Assembly (NCBI GenBank): GCA_964561475.1
Contig: CAZLPU010000002.1
Span: 20,707-84,706 of the forward strand
DNA: 64,000 nt
Source: an uncultured Alphaproteobacteria bacterium
GTDB taxonomy: Bacteria > Pseudomonadota > Alphaproteobacteria > JAJFIK01
Direction: 5' to 3'
The notes below the pieces were generated by a model that worked only from the letters and a program-made list of their open reading frames with translations, searched no databases and was not told where the DNA came from. This document shows positions 49,756-60,903 of this stretch, piece by piece (position 1 is the first letter of the stretch; each line of letters begins with the position of its first letter). The position numbers were made by a program, and so were the translations under genes.

Positions 49756-52530
49756 TCAGGCAGCCTGGCCCAGCTTTTTGGTGGTGCCGCCGTCCGCAGA
49801 CGGAACCCGGCCGTGGTTCAGCAGGCCGTCCAGCACCTTGACCTGTTCCGGTTCCGGCAGGAATTCCACACGGACTTTTTCTCCGGTGCTGCCCAGGGCG
49901 ACTCCGGTCAGGTTCAGGACCGCTTCCTCAAGGGGCATTCTCACGGTGATGGTCTCCCCTTCATCGAACAGGGAAGATGTCTCCAGAAGGCAGCCGCCCG
50001 TGGACATGTCTTTCAGAACGGCATCGTGATCAATCCCGTCCACGCCGGAAACGGTGACATCCAGATTGAACGCCGTGCGTTCCGTCAGCCGCCTGGAACC
50101 GCTTTCCTCCACGAATTTCAGGAAGCCATTCAGTCGGTCGAGAAGCTCAGAATACTGTCTGTCGATATCTTCAGCCGCCTGACGCATGTGGCTGATTTCA
50201 CCTTCCACCTGTTCCATGGTGCCGCCCACCGTGGCAATCGCCTGGTTGACGTCCTGGGTTTCCTGGGCGGCCCGCTCCACGGACTGGGCGACATCGGACA
50301 CGACGGTCTGCTGCTCACGGACGGTCTCGTTGATGTCCATGGCATTGCGGGTGGACACCCGGACCGAGCGCGAGATTTCCTCCGCGGACTCATAGACACG
50401 CTGATTGGAGGTCTGGATGCCCTCTACGGTCTCCCGGATCTGCCGGGTCATGCGCTCGGTCTCCTTGGCCAGGGTCTTGACCTCCGAGGCCACCACGGCG
50501 AACCCGCTTCCGGCGGCGCCGGCCCGGGAGGCCTCGATCGTGGCGTTCAAGGCAAGAAGGTTGGTCTCGACCGCCACATCCTCGATACTGTCCACCACGG
50601 AGCCGATGGCCTCGCTCAGAGTTTTCAGTTCACGGACCGTCGAGCGGGTGTTCTCCACCCCTTCCGCTGTTTCCTCGAAACTGCGGGCAGACGAATCAAC
50701 CCGTGTGGTGAGGTCGACAATGGAAGCAGACAGTTCCGTGCTTGCCCCAGCCACGGCGGTGATCTGTTCCAGGCCCGCCGTGGAGCGCTTGACGGCTTCC
50801 GTCGCCAGGGATTTGGCCTCCTTCGAGGCCGCCTCCACATGCCCGATCCGCTCACCGAGCTTTTCATTCGCCTGAAGAAGGGTCTGCATCATCGGGGTAA
50901 TGACAGACTGAAAGGTGTTGATCTCGTTCAGGACCGCTTCCCGGTGGATGTCCCTGGCCCGCTGGCGCTCGGAGAGCAGCATGCGTTCGGCCTCCACCCG
51001 GTCCATGAGCCGGTTGATCAGGGTGGCGATATCGCTCACCTCATCACCGGGATCGACCCGGATCCGCCCCATGGCACTGCCCTTCCGGTCCAGGAGGGTC
51101 ACCACCGCTTCCTTGACCACGCCCATGCCGAAGATTGTTCCGTGTTCGGCGGCATTAAGGCCCAGTTCCTCGTCCTCCCGGGGCACCCGCAGACCGCTGC
51201 CCCCGTCCGGGTTACCGGCCAGCACCCGGTCCGCGACCCGCAGACACAGATACGCAACGCCAAACGCCCAAGCGAACACGATGGCGGCACCGGCGCACTG
51301 AACACCGATCTGCGCCACCCGGGACCCGGCCGCGAGGGAGTCAGGGGAGGCAAAGACGCCGACCATGATCGTGCCCCACACACCGGCAATGCCGTGGACG
51401 GAGATGGCTTCGAGAGGGTCGTCGATCTTGAATTTCTGCTCCAGAAACCGTGCACCGGCAAAACCGATGGCACCGGCGGTGCCGCCAATCACCAGGGCCG
51501 CCCCTGAGCCCACATCATTACAGCCCGCCGTGATGCCCACGAGACCCGCCAGAACGCCGTTGATCGCGTGATCCGGCCGGAAAATGCCCGCATGCATCCG
51601 TCCAATGACCATTTGCACCGTACCGCCTGCCGCACCGGCGATCACCGTGTTCATGATGATATGGGCAAAGACTTCCGTCCCCACAGTGGTGGAACCGCCG
51701 TTGAAACCGATCCAGCCAATCCACAGGATCACACCGCCCGCGGTCGCCAGAACCGGATTGTGACCCTGGAGATGCTGGGGCTGGCCATTCTCGTCGAACT
51801 TATCCGTGCGCGGCCCGATAACCAGAACCGCTGCAAGGGCCACCCAGGCGCCGACCGAGTGCACGACCGTGGAGCCCGCGAAATCCATGAACCCCCAGTC
51901 GGCGAGAAACCCCTGGCCCTCTCCGCCCAGGGCACCGCCCCAGATCCAATGCCCGGACACCGGATAGATCAAGCCGCTGATCATGACCACACAGATAATG
52001 TAGCCGGTCAGGCGCATGCGTTCTGCCACCGCGCCGGACAGAATGGTGGCCGCGGTCCCGCAGAACACGAGCTGAAAGACGAAGAATGTGTAGGTCCACG
52101 GCTCATTACCGCCGAAAAAGGCCAAGTCGGTGCTGAAGCCGATCAGGCCACCCTGGCTGGCGCCGAACATGAGGGTGAAGCCGACGGCACCGAAAATCAG
52201 GGTGGACAGGATGAAGTCAATCAGGTTCTTCTGGGCGACATTGATGGAGTTCTTTGAGCGGACGGTTCCTGCTTCCAACAGCAGAAAGCCCACCTGCATG
52301 AAGAAGACCAGGGCAGCGGCGATGGTGGTCCAGACAAAATCCACACTGCGCTGGAGGGCAAAAAGGTCCGTTTCGGAGACGGATGCCCAGGCCTGGCCTG
52401 GAAAAAGCGCGAAAAGTGCCGCGACGATGGAAAAGACGACGGACCATCGTGCTCCGCTGACACACCGCTGCGCCCACTGACCATGCGATCGCGAACCAGA
52501 GTTGAATTCGTCCATCACAAGCGCAGACAT
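49756..52530 (-). CDS. Ammonium transporter (Amt) fused to HAMP, MCP signalling and PilZ domains
   Basis: Amt motifs [33 protein letters not shown] and [14 protein letters not shown] hairpin [17 protein letters not shown]. PilZ motifs RLTER and DMSTGG. Confidence 0.93.
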   Translation of the reverse strand: MSALVMDEFNSGSRSHGQWAQRCVSGARWSVVFSIVAALFALFPGQAWASVSETDLFALQRSVDFVWTTIAAALVFFMQVGFLLLEAGTVRSKNSINVAQKNLIDFILSTLIFGAVGFTLMFGASQGGLIGFSTDLAFFGGNEPWTYTFFVFQLVFCGTAATILSGAVAERMRLTGYIICVVMISGLIYPVSGHWIWGGALGGEGQGFLADWGFMDFAGSTVVHSVGAWVALAAVLVIGPRTDKFDENGQPQHLQGHNPVLATAGGVILWIGWIGFNGGSTTVGTEVFAHIIMNTVIAGAAGGTVQMVIGRMHAGIFRPDHAINGVLAGLVGITAGCNDVGSGAALVIGGTAGAIGFAGARFLEQKFKIDDPLEAISVHGIAGVWGTIMVGVFASPDSLAAGSRVAQIGVQCAGAAIVFAWAFGVAYLCLRVADRVLAGNPDGGSGLRVPREDEELGLNAAEHGTIFGMGVVKEAVVTLLDRKGSAMGRIRVDPGDEVSDIATLINRLMDRVEAERMLLSERQRARDIHREAVLNEINTFQSVITPMMQTLLQANEKLGERIGHVEAASKEAKSLATEAVKRSTAGLEQITAVAGASTELSASIVDLTTRVDSSARSFEETAEGVENTRSTVRELKTLSEAIGSVVDSIEDVAVETNLLALNATIEASRAGAAGSGFAVVASEVKTLAKETERMTRQIRETVEGIQTSNQRVYESAEEISRSVRVSTRNAMDINETVREQQTVVSDVAQSVERAAQETQDVNQAIATVGGTMEQVEGEISHMRQAAEDIDRQYSELLDRLNGFLKFVEESGSRRLTERTAFNLDVTVSGVDGIDHDAVLKDMSTGGCLLETSSLFDEGETITVRMPLEEAVLNLTGVALGSTGEKVRVEFLPEPEQVKVLDGLLNHGRVPSADGGTTKKLGQAA

Positions 52531-52700
52531 TCACCGCCCCCTCTTTCTTGCCGATATACTTTGCAATCCGGCCACGCACGGCCGATCCCACCCCGATGAG
52601 CCGCGGCGGGGCCATCGGGACGTTCAGAGGCGAACCTTGCAAAGTGTGGTGAAAGAGCGATGAACGCACAGGGGACCCGTGAGACGTTTTCCGCCCCCGC

Positions 52701-53435
52701 CTAATCGGCGAGGTGACCCAGCAAAGCGCGCAGGACAATTTCCGCCCGGCTGGGCAGCACGCCGGTGCTGGGCTCGCCCAGGTCGGCGCCATCCTCCACC
52801 AGAAGCCAGGCCAGTCCGTGCATCGCCGCCCACAGGCCGATGCCCAGGGCCGGATTGCCCAGGCGCCCGCCGATCCGCCCGGCAATCTCATCATTGAGGG
52901 CGGCAAGATCGGGATAGGCGCGCAATGTCTTGATCTCCCGCCCGAACATCAGACGGAACAGATCCGGACGATCCGTGGCAAAACGAATATAGGTGCCGCC
53001 CATCACCACGACCGCCTCAAGCCGGTCGTCCTTGCACCGGGAGGCGGAGAGATCCATGTCCTCCAGCAGGCTTTGGTAGCCCCGGGCCGCCACGGCGGCG
53101 AGCAGGGCTTCCCGGTCCTTGAAGTGCCGGTAGGGTGCCGTCTGGGACACCCCGGCCGCGCGGGCCGCCGCTCTGAGGGACAGCCCGGCCACACCCTCAC
53201 GGGCCAGGAGATCTTCCGCCGCGCCCACAAGGGCCGCACGCAGATTACCGTGGTGGTAACGCCCCTTGGACTTCGGCTTTTGAGCCGTCCGCCCCTTGCC
53301 TTTACGGGTGGGGCAAGACCGGTCACAGGGGGCACGGGCGACCGCGCTACCGGCATTGGTCCCGTGATCCCTAGGCTTCCGGGATTGGGCCGTTTGGGTT
53401 TGGGGAGAACTGGCGGGTGCCGCCGGTGTATCCAT
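52701..53435 (-). CDS. TetR/AcrR family regulator (WHG-type C-terminus)
   Basis: YHHGNLRAAL, SLRAAARAAGVSQTAPYRHF and WAAMHGL motifs. Confidence 0.92.
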   Translation of the reverse strand: MDTPAAPASSPQTQTAQSRKPRDHGTNAGSAVARAPCDRSCPTRKGKGRTAQKPKSKGRYHHGNLRAALVGAAEDLLAREGVAGLSLRAAARAAGVSQTAPYRHFKDREALLAAVAARGYQSLLEDMDLSASRCKDDRLEAVVVMGGTYIRFATDRPDLFRLMFGREIKTLRAYPDLAALNDEIAGRIGGRLGNPALGIGLWAAMHGLAWLLVEDGADLGEPSTGVLPSRAEIVLRALLGHLAD

Positions 53436-53573
53436 GGAGGGTCTGGTCCATCAAGCTCTGGGGGCGGAGCGATTGTGCCATATCGGGACAATCAGCCCCC
53501 GTTTCATGACAGAAAATTATATGGCCCACGGACAATTTCCGATTCGTACCGCATGCTGCAACCACCCTGTGCC

Positions 53574-54476
53574 CTACTTCTCCAGCCGCGCGATCAGACT
53601 GGACGTGTCCCAGCGGCCGCCGCCCATACGCTGAACATCTGCATAGAACTGATCCACCAGGGCGGTCAGGGGCAGGCGTGCGCCATTGCGCCGGGCCTCC
53701 GCGAGGCAAATGCCCAGATCCTTGCGCATCCAGTCCACGGCGAAACCGAAATCGAACTTGTCCTCGTCCATGGTCGCCGCGCGGTTTTCCATCTGCCAGG
53801 ACTGGGCGGCCCCTTTCGAGATCACATCCACCACCTCGCCCACGGGCAGACCGGCGGCCTTGGCGAAATGAAGCCCTTCCGCCAGGCCCTGGACAACACC
53901 GGCAATACAGATCTGATTAACCATTTTGGTAAGCTGGCCCGAGCCCGCCGGGCCGATCAGTCTGGCCATGCGGGCATAACAGTCGATCATGGGACGGACA
54001 GCCTCGAATGCCCCGGCCTCACCGCCGGCCATGACCGTCAGGGTGCCCCCTTCAGCCCCGGCCTGGCCGCCGGACACGGGCGCATCCAGGGCCTGAAGAC
54101 CCCGGGCGCGGGCTTCCCGGTCCAGGTCCCGGGCCAGATCCGCCGAGGCCGTGGTGTGGTCCACGAAAACACTCCCCGCCTCCATGGCTTCGAACGCCCC
54201 GTCCGGACCAAGCGCCACGGCGCGCACATCATTGTCCGCTCCGACACAGGCAAAAACCGCGCTTGCACCGCTGACGGCCTCTTTCGGCGTGGACGCGGTT
54301 CGGCCCCCATACTCCGCCTGCCAGCGTGCCGCCTTCTCCGCAGTGCGGTTATAGACCGTGACCTCATGTCCGGCCCGGGCCAAATGCCCTGCCATGGGGT
54401 AGCCCATGACGCCAAGGCCCAGGAAAGCCACCTTCGCCGCTGCGTCCTTGCCCCGTAATTGTTGTCCGTCTGCCAT
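53574..54476 (-). CDS. NAD(P)-dependent oxidoreductase, 3-hydroxyisobutyrate dehydrogenase family
   Basis: FLGLGVMGYPMA, YNRT, DAPVSGG and KMVNQ motifs. Real start is ATG 54476 with an AAGGA RBS. Confidence 0.93.
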   Translation of the reverse strand: MADGQQLRGKDAAAKVAFLGLGVMGYPMAGHLARAGHEVTVYNRTAEKAARWQAEYGGRTASTPKEAVSGASAVFACVGADNDVRAVALGPDGAFEAMEAGSVFVDHTTASADLARDLDREARARGLQALDAPVSGGQAGAEGGTLTVMAGGEAGAFEAVRPMIDCYARMARLIGPAGSGQLTKMVNQICIAGVVQGLAEGLHFAKAAGLPVGEVVDVISKGAAQSWQMENRAATMDEDKFDFGFAVDWMRKDLGICLAEARRNGARLPLTALVDQFYADVQRMGGGRWDTSSLIARLEK

Positions 54477-54689
54477 GGTCCGTTCCTTTACCAGAATGCC
54501 TGTCTGTTCCCGGACCCGCTGCCTGCAACCTGTCACGGGCAGGCGGCCTAGGTCCTGGAGGATGATAAACCCAGGATTAATCCCTGCCGCCCAAATTTGC
54601 ATCGAGCAACGTTTGCACTGAGTGGGTTTTGCCGGAGCAGGTTCACGCAAGCCGGAAACACGAAAGTCGGAACTGGGAGCCTTGCGCAA

Positions 54690-56213
54690 ATGGCATTGGA
54701 CATAATCCGGCGCGTCCGGACGCTGGTCCGTCTGACACGTCTCCGGCAAACACTCCCGGCCTGGTTCGGATCTTTGGGTTTCCGGTTTCTTCATCCCAGA
54801 CCCGGCGTGGGGAGAAACACGGACGCGACCGACTCCCCCACCAGCTCCCCGACCGGCTCCCCCGGCGACTACTCTCGAACCTCCGAGGACAGGCCGAACC
54901 CGGAAGATATGCCCCCGGAACATGACGAACAGGGGCAGCCCGGTGATGTGGCCGACCTGAAGCAGATCATTCTGCTGGTCGAAATGCAGATGAAGTCGGC
55001 CATTTCCAGCGTCGGGGATTGCGCTGAAAGCATCATCGCCGCTGCCGACCAGATGGCCGCCGACTCCGAGGTCGCCCAACACAATTCCGGCGATCTTGCC
55101 CAGAACGCAGCCCAGGTCCGGGAAACGGTGATCAGCGCCGCCAATGCGGCAACGGATGTTCGCGGTTCCTTTCAAGACCTGGCCGGGCGCACCACCCAGG
55201 CCGCCCGGATTGCCGCAGAGGCCGCCCAGTCCGGCTCCCATGCCCGGAAAACCATCCAGGATCTGACCCAGTCCATGGACCGGATCGGCACGGTCAGCGC
55301 GATGATCCGGACCATCGCGGATCAGACCAATCTGCTCGCCCTCAATGCCACCATCGAGGCGGCCAGAGCCGGAGACGCGGGCAAGGGCTTTGCCGTCGTC
55401 GCAGCCGAGGTCAAGGAACTGGCCCGGCAGACCGCCGCGTCCACGGAAGAAATTTCCACCCTGGTGAACGCCATCCAGTCGGCGACCCGGGAAGTGGTGG
55501 ATGCCTTTTCCGCCATGACCGGCAGTGTCGAGCGCATTTCCGGCATTTCCGCCGGGATCGCGGAAACCATGGACCGGCAGGCGGAAACCACCCAATTGAT
55601 TTCCAAACAGATTAACGGAACCGCGTCGGCCATTGATACCATGTCGTCTCTTGTCGGTGACGTGGCCGCGGACGCCAAGGCCAGCGGTCAGCAGGCGGAC
55701 ACCGTGCGGCAGGGGTCCATAACGGTGCTGAACCGGCTCAACACGGTGAAAGAAGATCTGGTCCGCATTGTGCGCCATTCCGCCACGCCCATGGACCGGC
55801 GCCGGCTTGGACGGATCACGATCAGTGGAGACACCACCCTGGCCTCGATAATTGGCACACTCCAGGTTCTCACAGAGCGCGGCAGTTTCCCGGCGGTCCT
55901 CGTCGACATCTCGCCGTCAGGTGCACGGATCGAGCGATTCCACAGTCTTGTCGAGGGCGATCAGGGACACCTCGTCTTTGCGGACCACGAACTCGAACTG
56001 GCTTTCAAGGTTGTGGAAAGCAGCTTCGACAAGACGCGGATGTCCTTCGATTTGTCCGACCGGGATGGGGACGCTCTGGGGATCTTGATCGGCGCCTTGC
56101 AGGATGCGCAATCACGGGACGGTCAGGGCACTCCCGATCAAAAACCGACGTCCAGCGCGCCGGCCACCCCGTCGTCGGATACAAGCGATCAGGACACAGA
56201 TCTCTGGCTGTAG
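54690..56213 (+). CDS. Soluble methyl-accepting chemotaxis protein with a C-terminal PilZ domain
   Basis: [20 protein letters not shown] hairpin; PilZ motifs RRLGR and DISPSG; no TM segment. Start uncertain (54690 or 54909). Confidence 0.85.
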   Translation: MALDIIRRVRTLVRLTRLRQTLPAWFGSLGFRFLHPRPGVGRNTDATDSPTSSPTGSPGDYSRTSEDRPNPEDMPPEHDEQGQPGDVADLKQIILLVEMQMKSAISSVGDCAESIIAAADQMAADSEVAQHNSGDLAQNAAQVRETVISAANAATDVRGSFQDLAGRTTQAARIAAEAAQSGSHARKTIQDLTQSMDRIGTVSAMIRTIADQTNLLALNATIEAARAGDAGKGFAVVAAEVKELARQTAASTEEISTLVNAIQSATREVVDAFSAMTGSVERISGISAGIAETMDRQAETTQLISKQINGTASAIDTMSSLVGDVAADAKASGQQADTVRQGSITVLNRLNTVKEDLVRIVRHSATPMDRRRLGRITISGDTTLASIIGTLQVLTERGSFPAVLVDISPSGARIERFHSLVEGDQGHLVFADHELELAFKVVESSFDKTRMSFDLSDRDGDALGILIGALQDAQSRDGQGTPDQKPTSSAPATPSSDTSDQDTDLWL

Positions 56214-56329
56214 CCCCACCCATGGCCTGAGGCCGCATTTGCCGTTCACAGCCTTGCCCTCCCGGACAGCGTGGTGTTGGATCCAATCGACCGGATCAAC
56301 GGAGCCGGAAGCGGGAGAGGCAGGCAACC

Positions 56330-58825
56330 ATGGCGGACACGACAGAGGCGCAAACACCCAGCGCACGAACCCCCAAGGCGCAAACCCCCAGGGGGCAAAC
56401 CCGCAGAACCTGGGGCGGCTGGGTCATACGGTGGCTCGGGCGCGTTCTCTTGGCCGTTGTCCTTGTGCTTCTGGTCCTCGGGCTCTTTCTGGCGGAACGG
56501 GTATTCAATAGCGGCCATTCCCTGCCCCGCACCGAAGGCACACTGGCGGTCCCCGGTCTGAACAGCCCCGTAGAGATCATCCGGGACCGTTACGGCATTG
56601 CCCATGTGGTGACTGACCGCCTGGACAGCGCCATGACCGCTCTGGGGCTTGCCCACGCCCAGGACCGTCTGTGGCAAATGGTGTTCTTCCGGGCCGCTGC
56701 CGGTGGCCGTCTGGCGGAGATTGCCGGGTCGCCGGCCCTGCCCGTGGACCGGACCATGCGTGCCCTGGGCTTTGCGGATCTGGCCCAGAAGCGACTGGCC
56801 CTGCTGAGCCCCCGGGCCCGGTCGGCCCTGGAGGCCTACGCCAAAGGGGTCAATCAGGAGATCACCGGACGGGACCGGCGCCTGCCCCTGGAATTCTCCC
56901 TCCTTCAGGTAAGCCCCGATCCCTGGCGGGCTGAGGACTCCCTCATGCTGATGGATCTCCTGGCCCTCAGCCTCTCCACGAACGCCTTCATGGAACTGGC
57001 CCGGGTGGAGCTGAGCAAGACCCTGGATGCCGAAACCATCGCGGAGCTGCTCGCCCCGTTTCCCGGCCTGCCCGACGGCGTGGACCTCGATCCTTTCAAG
57101 AGCGGACCATCGCAGGGGCAGGATCTCGCGGCCCTGGAGCAATTGCCCGCCATCACCGGTGCGTCGAACAACTGGGCCGTGGACGGATCACGCAGCGCAA
57201 GCGGAGCGCCTTTGCTGGCCAATGATCCCCATCTGGGCTTGAACATGCCGGGCCTGTGGTACCTCGCCCATCTCTATGTGGGGGACAAGGTGCTGGCCGG
57301 TGCCACGATCCCGGGCATTCCAGCCATCCTCCTGGGGCGGACCAATGATCTTTCCTGGGGTTTCACCAATACGGGTACGGATGTTCAGGACTTGGTTCTG
57401 GAGCGCCTCGACCCTGCCGATGAAGCGGCTTATCTGACACCGGATGGCCCCCGGTCCTTCGAGACCCGGGAAGAGACGATCAAGGTCCGCCTGGGCCGGG
57501 ATGAGATCATCACCATCCGGAAGACCCGCAACGGTCCGGTCCTGCCGATCCTGGACGGGGAGGCTCCCGACGGCCATGTCTATGCCCTGCGCTGGACCGC
57601 CCTTGAGCCGTCGAGCATCACATTCGAAAGCACCCTGGCCATTTTCGATGCCCGCACCATTGACGAGGCCCGGAAGGCCATGGCGGGCTATGTCACGCCC
57701 ACCCAGAGCATGGTCTTTGCCGACACGAACGGCGGCATTGGCTTTCTGGCCGCAGGCGACGTTCCCGTGCGCGGGGCGGATCACGGGGGCAACGGTCTGG
57801 TGCCCGCCACCGGCTGGGACCAGGACGCTCTGTGGCCGGACAGGCTTACCCCGGATCAATGGCCGGCGATCTGGCGGCCCGAAAGCGGTTATGTGCTCAC
57901 GGCCAACAACGACATCCGGCCAGACGGTTATCCCCATCACATCACGTCCGAGTGGAACGCGCCGGACCGGGCCAACCGCATCCGGGATCTACTCACCGCC
58001 CGGCCCATCCACGACGTGGAGAGCTTCGCGGCGATCATGACGGACACCCGCACGGGCTTTGTGGACCACCTTCTGCCCCTGATGCTCGACGGTGTCGCGG
58101 AGACGCCCGATGAAGATCCCCGGTTCACCGCCGCCCTCGCCCGCCTGCGGGCCTGGGACGGGTTCATGGATGCGGACAAAAGCGAACCGCTGATCATGGC
58201 CGCATGGCTCACGGACCTCACCCCCCAACTGGTGGCCGATGAGCTTGGGGCGGACCATCAGATGGCACGGGGCATCCGGACCGCCTTCCTGTCCGGTGTC
58301 CTGGGTGGCAAGGGCACCATGGCCCGGTGGTGCGATCGAACGGATACGGAGGAAAAGGAGACCTGCGGGTCCATTCTGGCCGCAAGCCTGAATGCGGCCC
58401 TGGACCGGCTCTCGGAAGAATACGGCGCGGACCCGGAGGCCTGGCGCTGGGGCGTGGCCCATCAGGCCCGCAATCTTCACCTGCCTCTGGGTCTCGTGCC
58501 CGTGATCGGCGACCAGTTCTCGCGCTATGCGCAAACACCGGGGGGACGCCTCACCGTCAACCGAGCCTCCTACAGCGCCGGAGGAGACCGGCCGTTTCTG
58601 AATGTCCATGGCGGCGGCTACCGGGCCATCTACGACATGGGCGCGCCGGAGAACTCCGTCTACATGATCGCTACGGGGCAGTCCGGCAACATCGCCTCAC
58701 CCCATTACGACGACCTGCTGCCCCTCTGGGCCGACGGCGTGTTCATTCCCATGGTGATGGATGCCCAGACGGCCCGACGCAGTGGCGTGGCCACTCTCGC
58801 GCTTGAACCGTCCCCGGGGGAATGA
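56330..58825 (+). CDS. Penicillin acylase family (Ntn hydrolase) protein
   Basis: IRDRYGIAH, AQDRLWQM, GASNNW nucleophile, LANDPHL and GQSG motifs; N-terminal TM. Confidence 0.95.
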   Translation: MADTTEAQTPSARTPKAQTPRGQTRRTWGGWVIRWLGRVLLAVVLVLLVLGLFLAERVFNSGHSLPRTEGTLAVPGLNSPVEIIRDRYGIAHVVTDRLDSAMTALGLAHAQDRLWQMVFFRAAAGGRLAEIAGSPALPVDRTMRALGFADLAQKRLALLSPRARSALEAYAKGVNQEITGRDRRLPLEFSLLQVSPDPWRAEDSLMLMDLLALSLSTNAFMELARVELSKTLDAETIAELLAPFPGLPDGVDLDPFKSGPSQGQDLAALEQLPAITGASNNWAVDGSRSASGAPLLANDPHLGLNMPGLWYLAHLYVGDKVLAGATIPGIPAILLGRTNDLSWGFTNTGTDVQDLVLERLDPADEAAYLTPDGPRSFETREETIKVRLGRDEIITIRKTRNGPVLPILDGEAPDGHVYALRWTALEPSSITFESTLAIFDARTIDEARKAMAGYVTPTQSMVFADTNGGIGFLAAGDVPVRGADHGGNGLVPATGWDQDALWPDRLTPDQWPAIWRPESGYVLTANNDIRPDGYPHHITSEWNAPDRANRIRDLLTARPIHDVESFAAIMTDTRTGFVDHLLPLMLDGVAETPDEDPRFTAALARLRAWDGFMDADKSEPLIMAAWLTDLTPQLVADELGADHQMARGIRTAFLSGVLGGKGTMARWCDRTDTEEKETCGSILAASLNAALDRLSEEYGADPEAWRWGVAHQARNLHLPLGLVPVIGDQFSRYAQTPGGRLTVNRASYSAGGDRPFLNVHGGGYRAIYDMGAPENSVYMIATGQSGNIASPHYDDLLPLWADGVFIPMVMDAQTARRSGVATLALEPSPGE

Positions 58826-58827
58826 TT

Positions 58828-59355
58828 TCAGGATGCCAGGGTGCCGTAATCACCGCGGAAATAAAGTAATGGCTGGCCCGACGCCTTGCTGGCAAGTTCA
58901 GCGACCCGCCCGACCAGAATGATGTGATCCCCGCCATCATGGCGGGCCTCGACCATGCAGTCGATCTGGGCGAGCGCGCCCTCCAGCATGGGCGTGCCGG
59001 TGACGCCAGTGCGGGTGGGGACGCTTCCCGTTCCGGCACCGGCCTCGTCATCGCCCGCAAAAGCCCGGGAGAGATCCTCTTGGTCCGCCGCAAGCACACT
59101 GACGGCAAAACTGTCCGTGTTCAGAAAGACGCCGGCCCGGTCCGAGTCCTTGCCCAGACACCACAACACCAGGGGCGGGTCCAAGGACACGGAGGTGAAG
59201 CTGTTCACGGTAAGGCCCACAAAACCGCCCGGTGCGCCGGCTGACCGGGTGGTGACGACACACACACCAGTGGCGAATGTCCCCAGGGCGTCCCGGAATG
59301 CCCGGTCCGTGAAGGCCGGAGCGCCGGATGGGCCTGTGGTGCTGGACTGTGTCAT
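58828..59355 (-). CDS. Flavin reductase family protein
   Basis: FRDALGTFATGVCVVT, NSFTSVSLDPPLV and GGDHIILVG motifs. Confidence 0.94.
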   Translation of the reverse strand: MTQSSTTGPSGAPAFTDRAFRDALGTFATGVCVVTTRSAGAPGGFVGLTVNSFTSVSLDPPLVLWCLGKDSDRAGVFLNTDSFAVSVLAADQEDLSRAFAGDDEAGAGTGSVPTRTGVTGTPMLEGALAQIDCMVEARHDGGDHIILVGRVAELASKASGQPLLYFRGDYGTLAS

Positions 59356-59543
59356 GGCGGTCTCCCTGGTCGCGCGCCGCCCGGCCCCGTGCCGTCCGGT
59401 GGTCAATCTGGATCTGCGACACACAAGATAGGACAAGGACTGGGGAGGCAAGCCCGGCGGCTCACGCTTTCCACGCCCGCGCAGGGTGTGGCAGGGTTAC
59501 TGCCATCGCCATCCTTTACAGAATGCTTAAGAGGGTTCCCGCC

Positions 59544-60800
59544 ATGTTCACACGCCGCGCCCTGCCCGGAACGCGCCTTGCCCTGCCGCTCGCCACGACC
59601 CTGCTGCTCGCAACAACCCTGCTCACGGTTCCCACCGCACAAGCCCAAGCCGAATCCGCCCAAAGCGAAACAGCATACGCCGGAGACGCGGGCACGCCCC
59701 TCTACATGGATGTATCCGAAACCCATCTCCCCCAAGGCGTGTTGGATGGCTTGAGCATGGATGCGGGTGCCTTCGACAGCGACGGGGACGGCGATCTGGA
59801 TCTGCTCATCGCCAATGAATACCGCCCCAACATCCTTCTCCTCAATGACGGCACGGGCCGGTTCACCAATGCCAGCGCCGAGCGCCTGCCCCAGACCGAC
59901 CGGGACAGCGAGGATGTGGCCATCGCCGATTTCGACGGGGATGGTGACCTGGACGCCGTGGTGGTCAGCGAGGACGATGAAATCAACGAATACTACCTCA
60001 ATGACGGCAAGGGCCGGTTCAAGGACGCGCCCCAGGGCCTGCCCGTGACCGGCACCACCAATGGTGTGGCGTTCGGGGATGTGGACGGGGACGGCGACGC
60101 GGATCTGGTGTTGGGCAACAAGGGCCCCAACGCCCTGCTGATCAACACCGGCGGCACCTTTACCGATGCCTCCGACCAGCTTCCAGGCCTGGATGACGTC
60201 ACCCAGGATGTGGCCCTGGGGGACCTGGACGGGGACGGCGATCTGGACCTCGCCATGGGCAACGAGAACGACAACCGCATCTATCTCAATGACGGCGCAG
60301 GCCGGTTCACCCAAGGGCCCGCCCTGCCCCTGCGGGATACGCCCGAGGAAAGCCGGGAAGTGGATCTGGGGGACGTGGACGGAGATGGTGACCTGGATAT
60401 CCTCTTCGGCAATGTCCGCTTTTTCGACCAGACCGCCGACCGGGCGGACCGGCTCCTGCTGAATGACGGATCGGCCCGGTTCCGCTACGCCACCACAGCC
60501 CGTCTGCCGCTCGATGACGAAAACGGCGCCGAAGCCGATCTCGTGGATCTGGACGGGGATGGGGATCTGGACATCGCCACCACCAACATCACCGCTCTGC
60601 GGGAGCCGGGAGACGGTCGGGTGCGGGCTTTGCTCAATGACGGGGCAGGCGTCTTCACCGATGCCACGGACCAGATTTTCCCGGAAACCGCCAAAGGCAA
60701 CGGCTTCGATCTGGTGCAGGGGGACTTCAACGTCGACGGCAAGCCGGACCTGTTCCTCTCCAACCGGGTCGGCCCGGACAGCCTGTTCCTGCGCCGGTGA
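59544..60800 (+). CDS. Secreted FG-GAP/VCBS repeat beta-propeller protein
   Basis: About seven DxDGDGDxD + LNDG repeats and a signal peptide. Confidence 0.9.
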   Translation: MFTRRALPGTRLALPLATTLLLATTLLTVPTAQAQAESAQSETAYAGDAGTPLYMDVSETHLPQGVLDGLSMDAGAFDSDGDGDLDLLIANEYRPNILLLNDGTGRFTNASAERLPQTDRDSEDVAIADFDGDGDLDAVVVSEDDEINEYYLNDGKGRFKDAPQGLPVTGTTNGVAFGDVDGDGDADLVLGNKGPNALLINTGGTFTDASDQLPGLDDVTQDVALGDLDGDGDLDLAMGNENDNRIYLNDGAGRFTQGPALPLRDTPEESREVDLGDVDGDGDLDILFGNVRFFDQTADRADRLLLNDGSARFRYATTARLPLDDENGAEADLVDLDGDGDLDIATTNITALREPGDGRVRALLNDGAGVFTDATDQIFPETAKGNGFDLVQGDFNVDGKPDLFLSNRVGPDSLFLRR

Positions 60801-60903
60801 ACCCGACCTGAAACGCAGGCCCGGGTCGCGCCCTGCGTGGCCCGGGCACCGCACCGGCACCATTCATCCCTGCCACGACCATCCGCCCACAGAGCCCTGT
60901 CCC

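Noticed and set aside
54477-55778. Apparent 430-aa N-terminal extension on the hydroxyisobutyrate dehydrogenase-like ORF
   Set aside because: It is mostly antisense to the MCP-PilZ gene. The real start is ATG 54476 with an RBS, so this is not a fusion.
60463-60903. N-terminal extension of the epimerase ORF overlapping the FG-GAP gene
   Set aside because: Family similarity starts at MKLAAS (60904); the extension is off-frame overlap.
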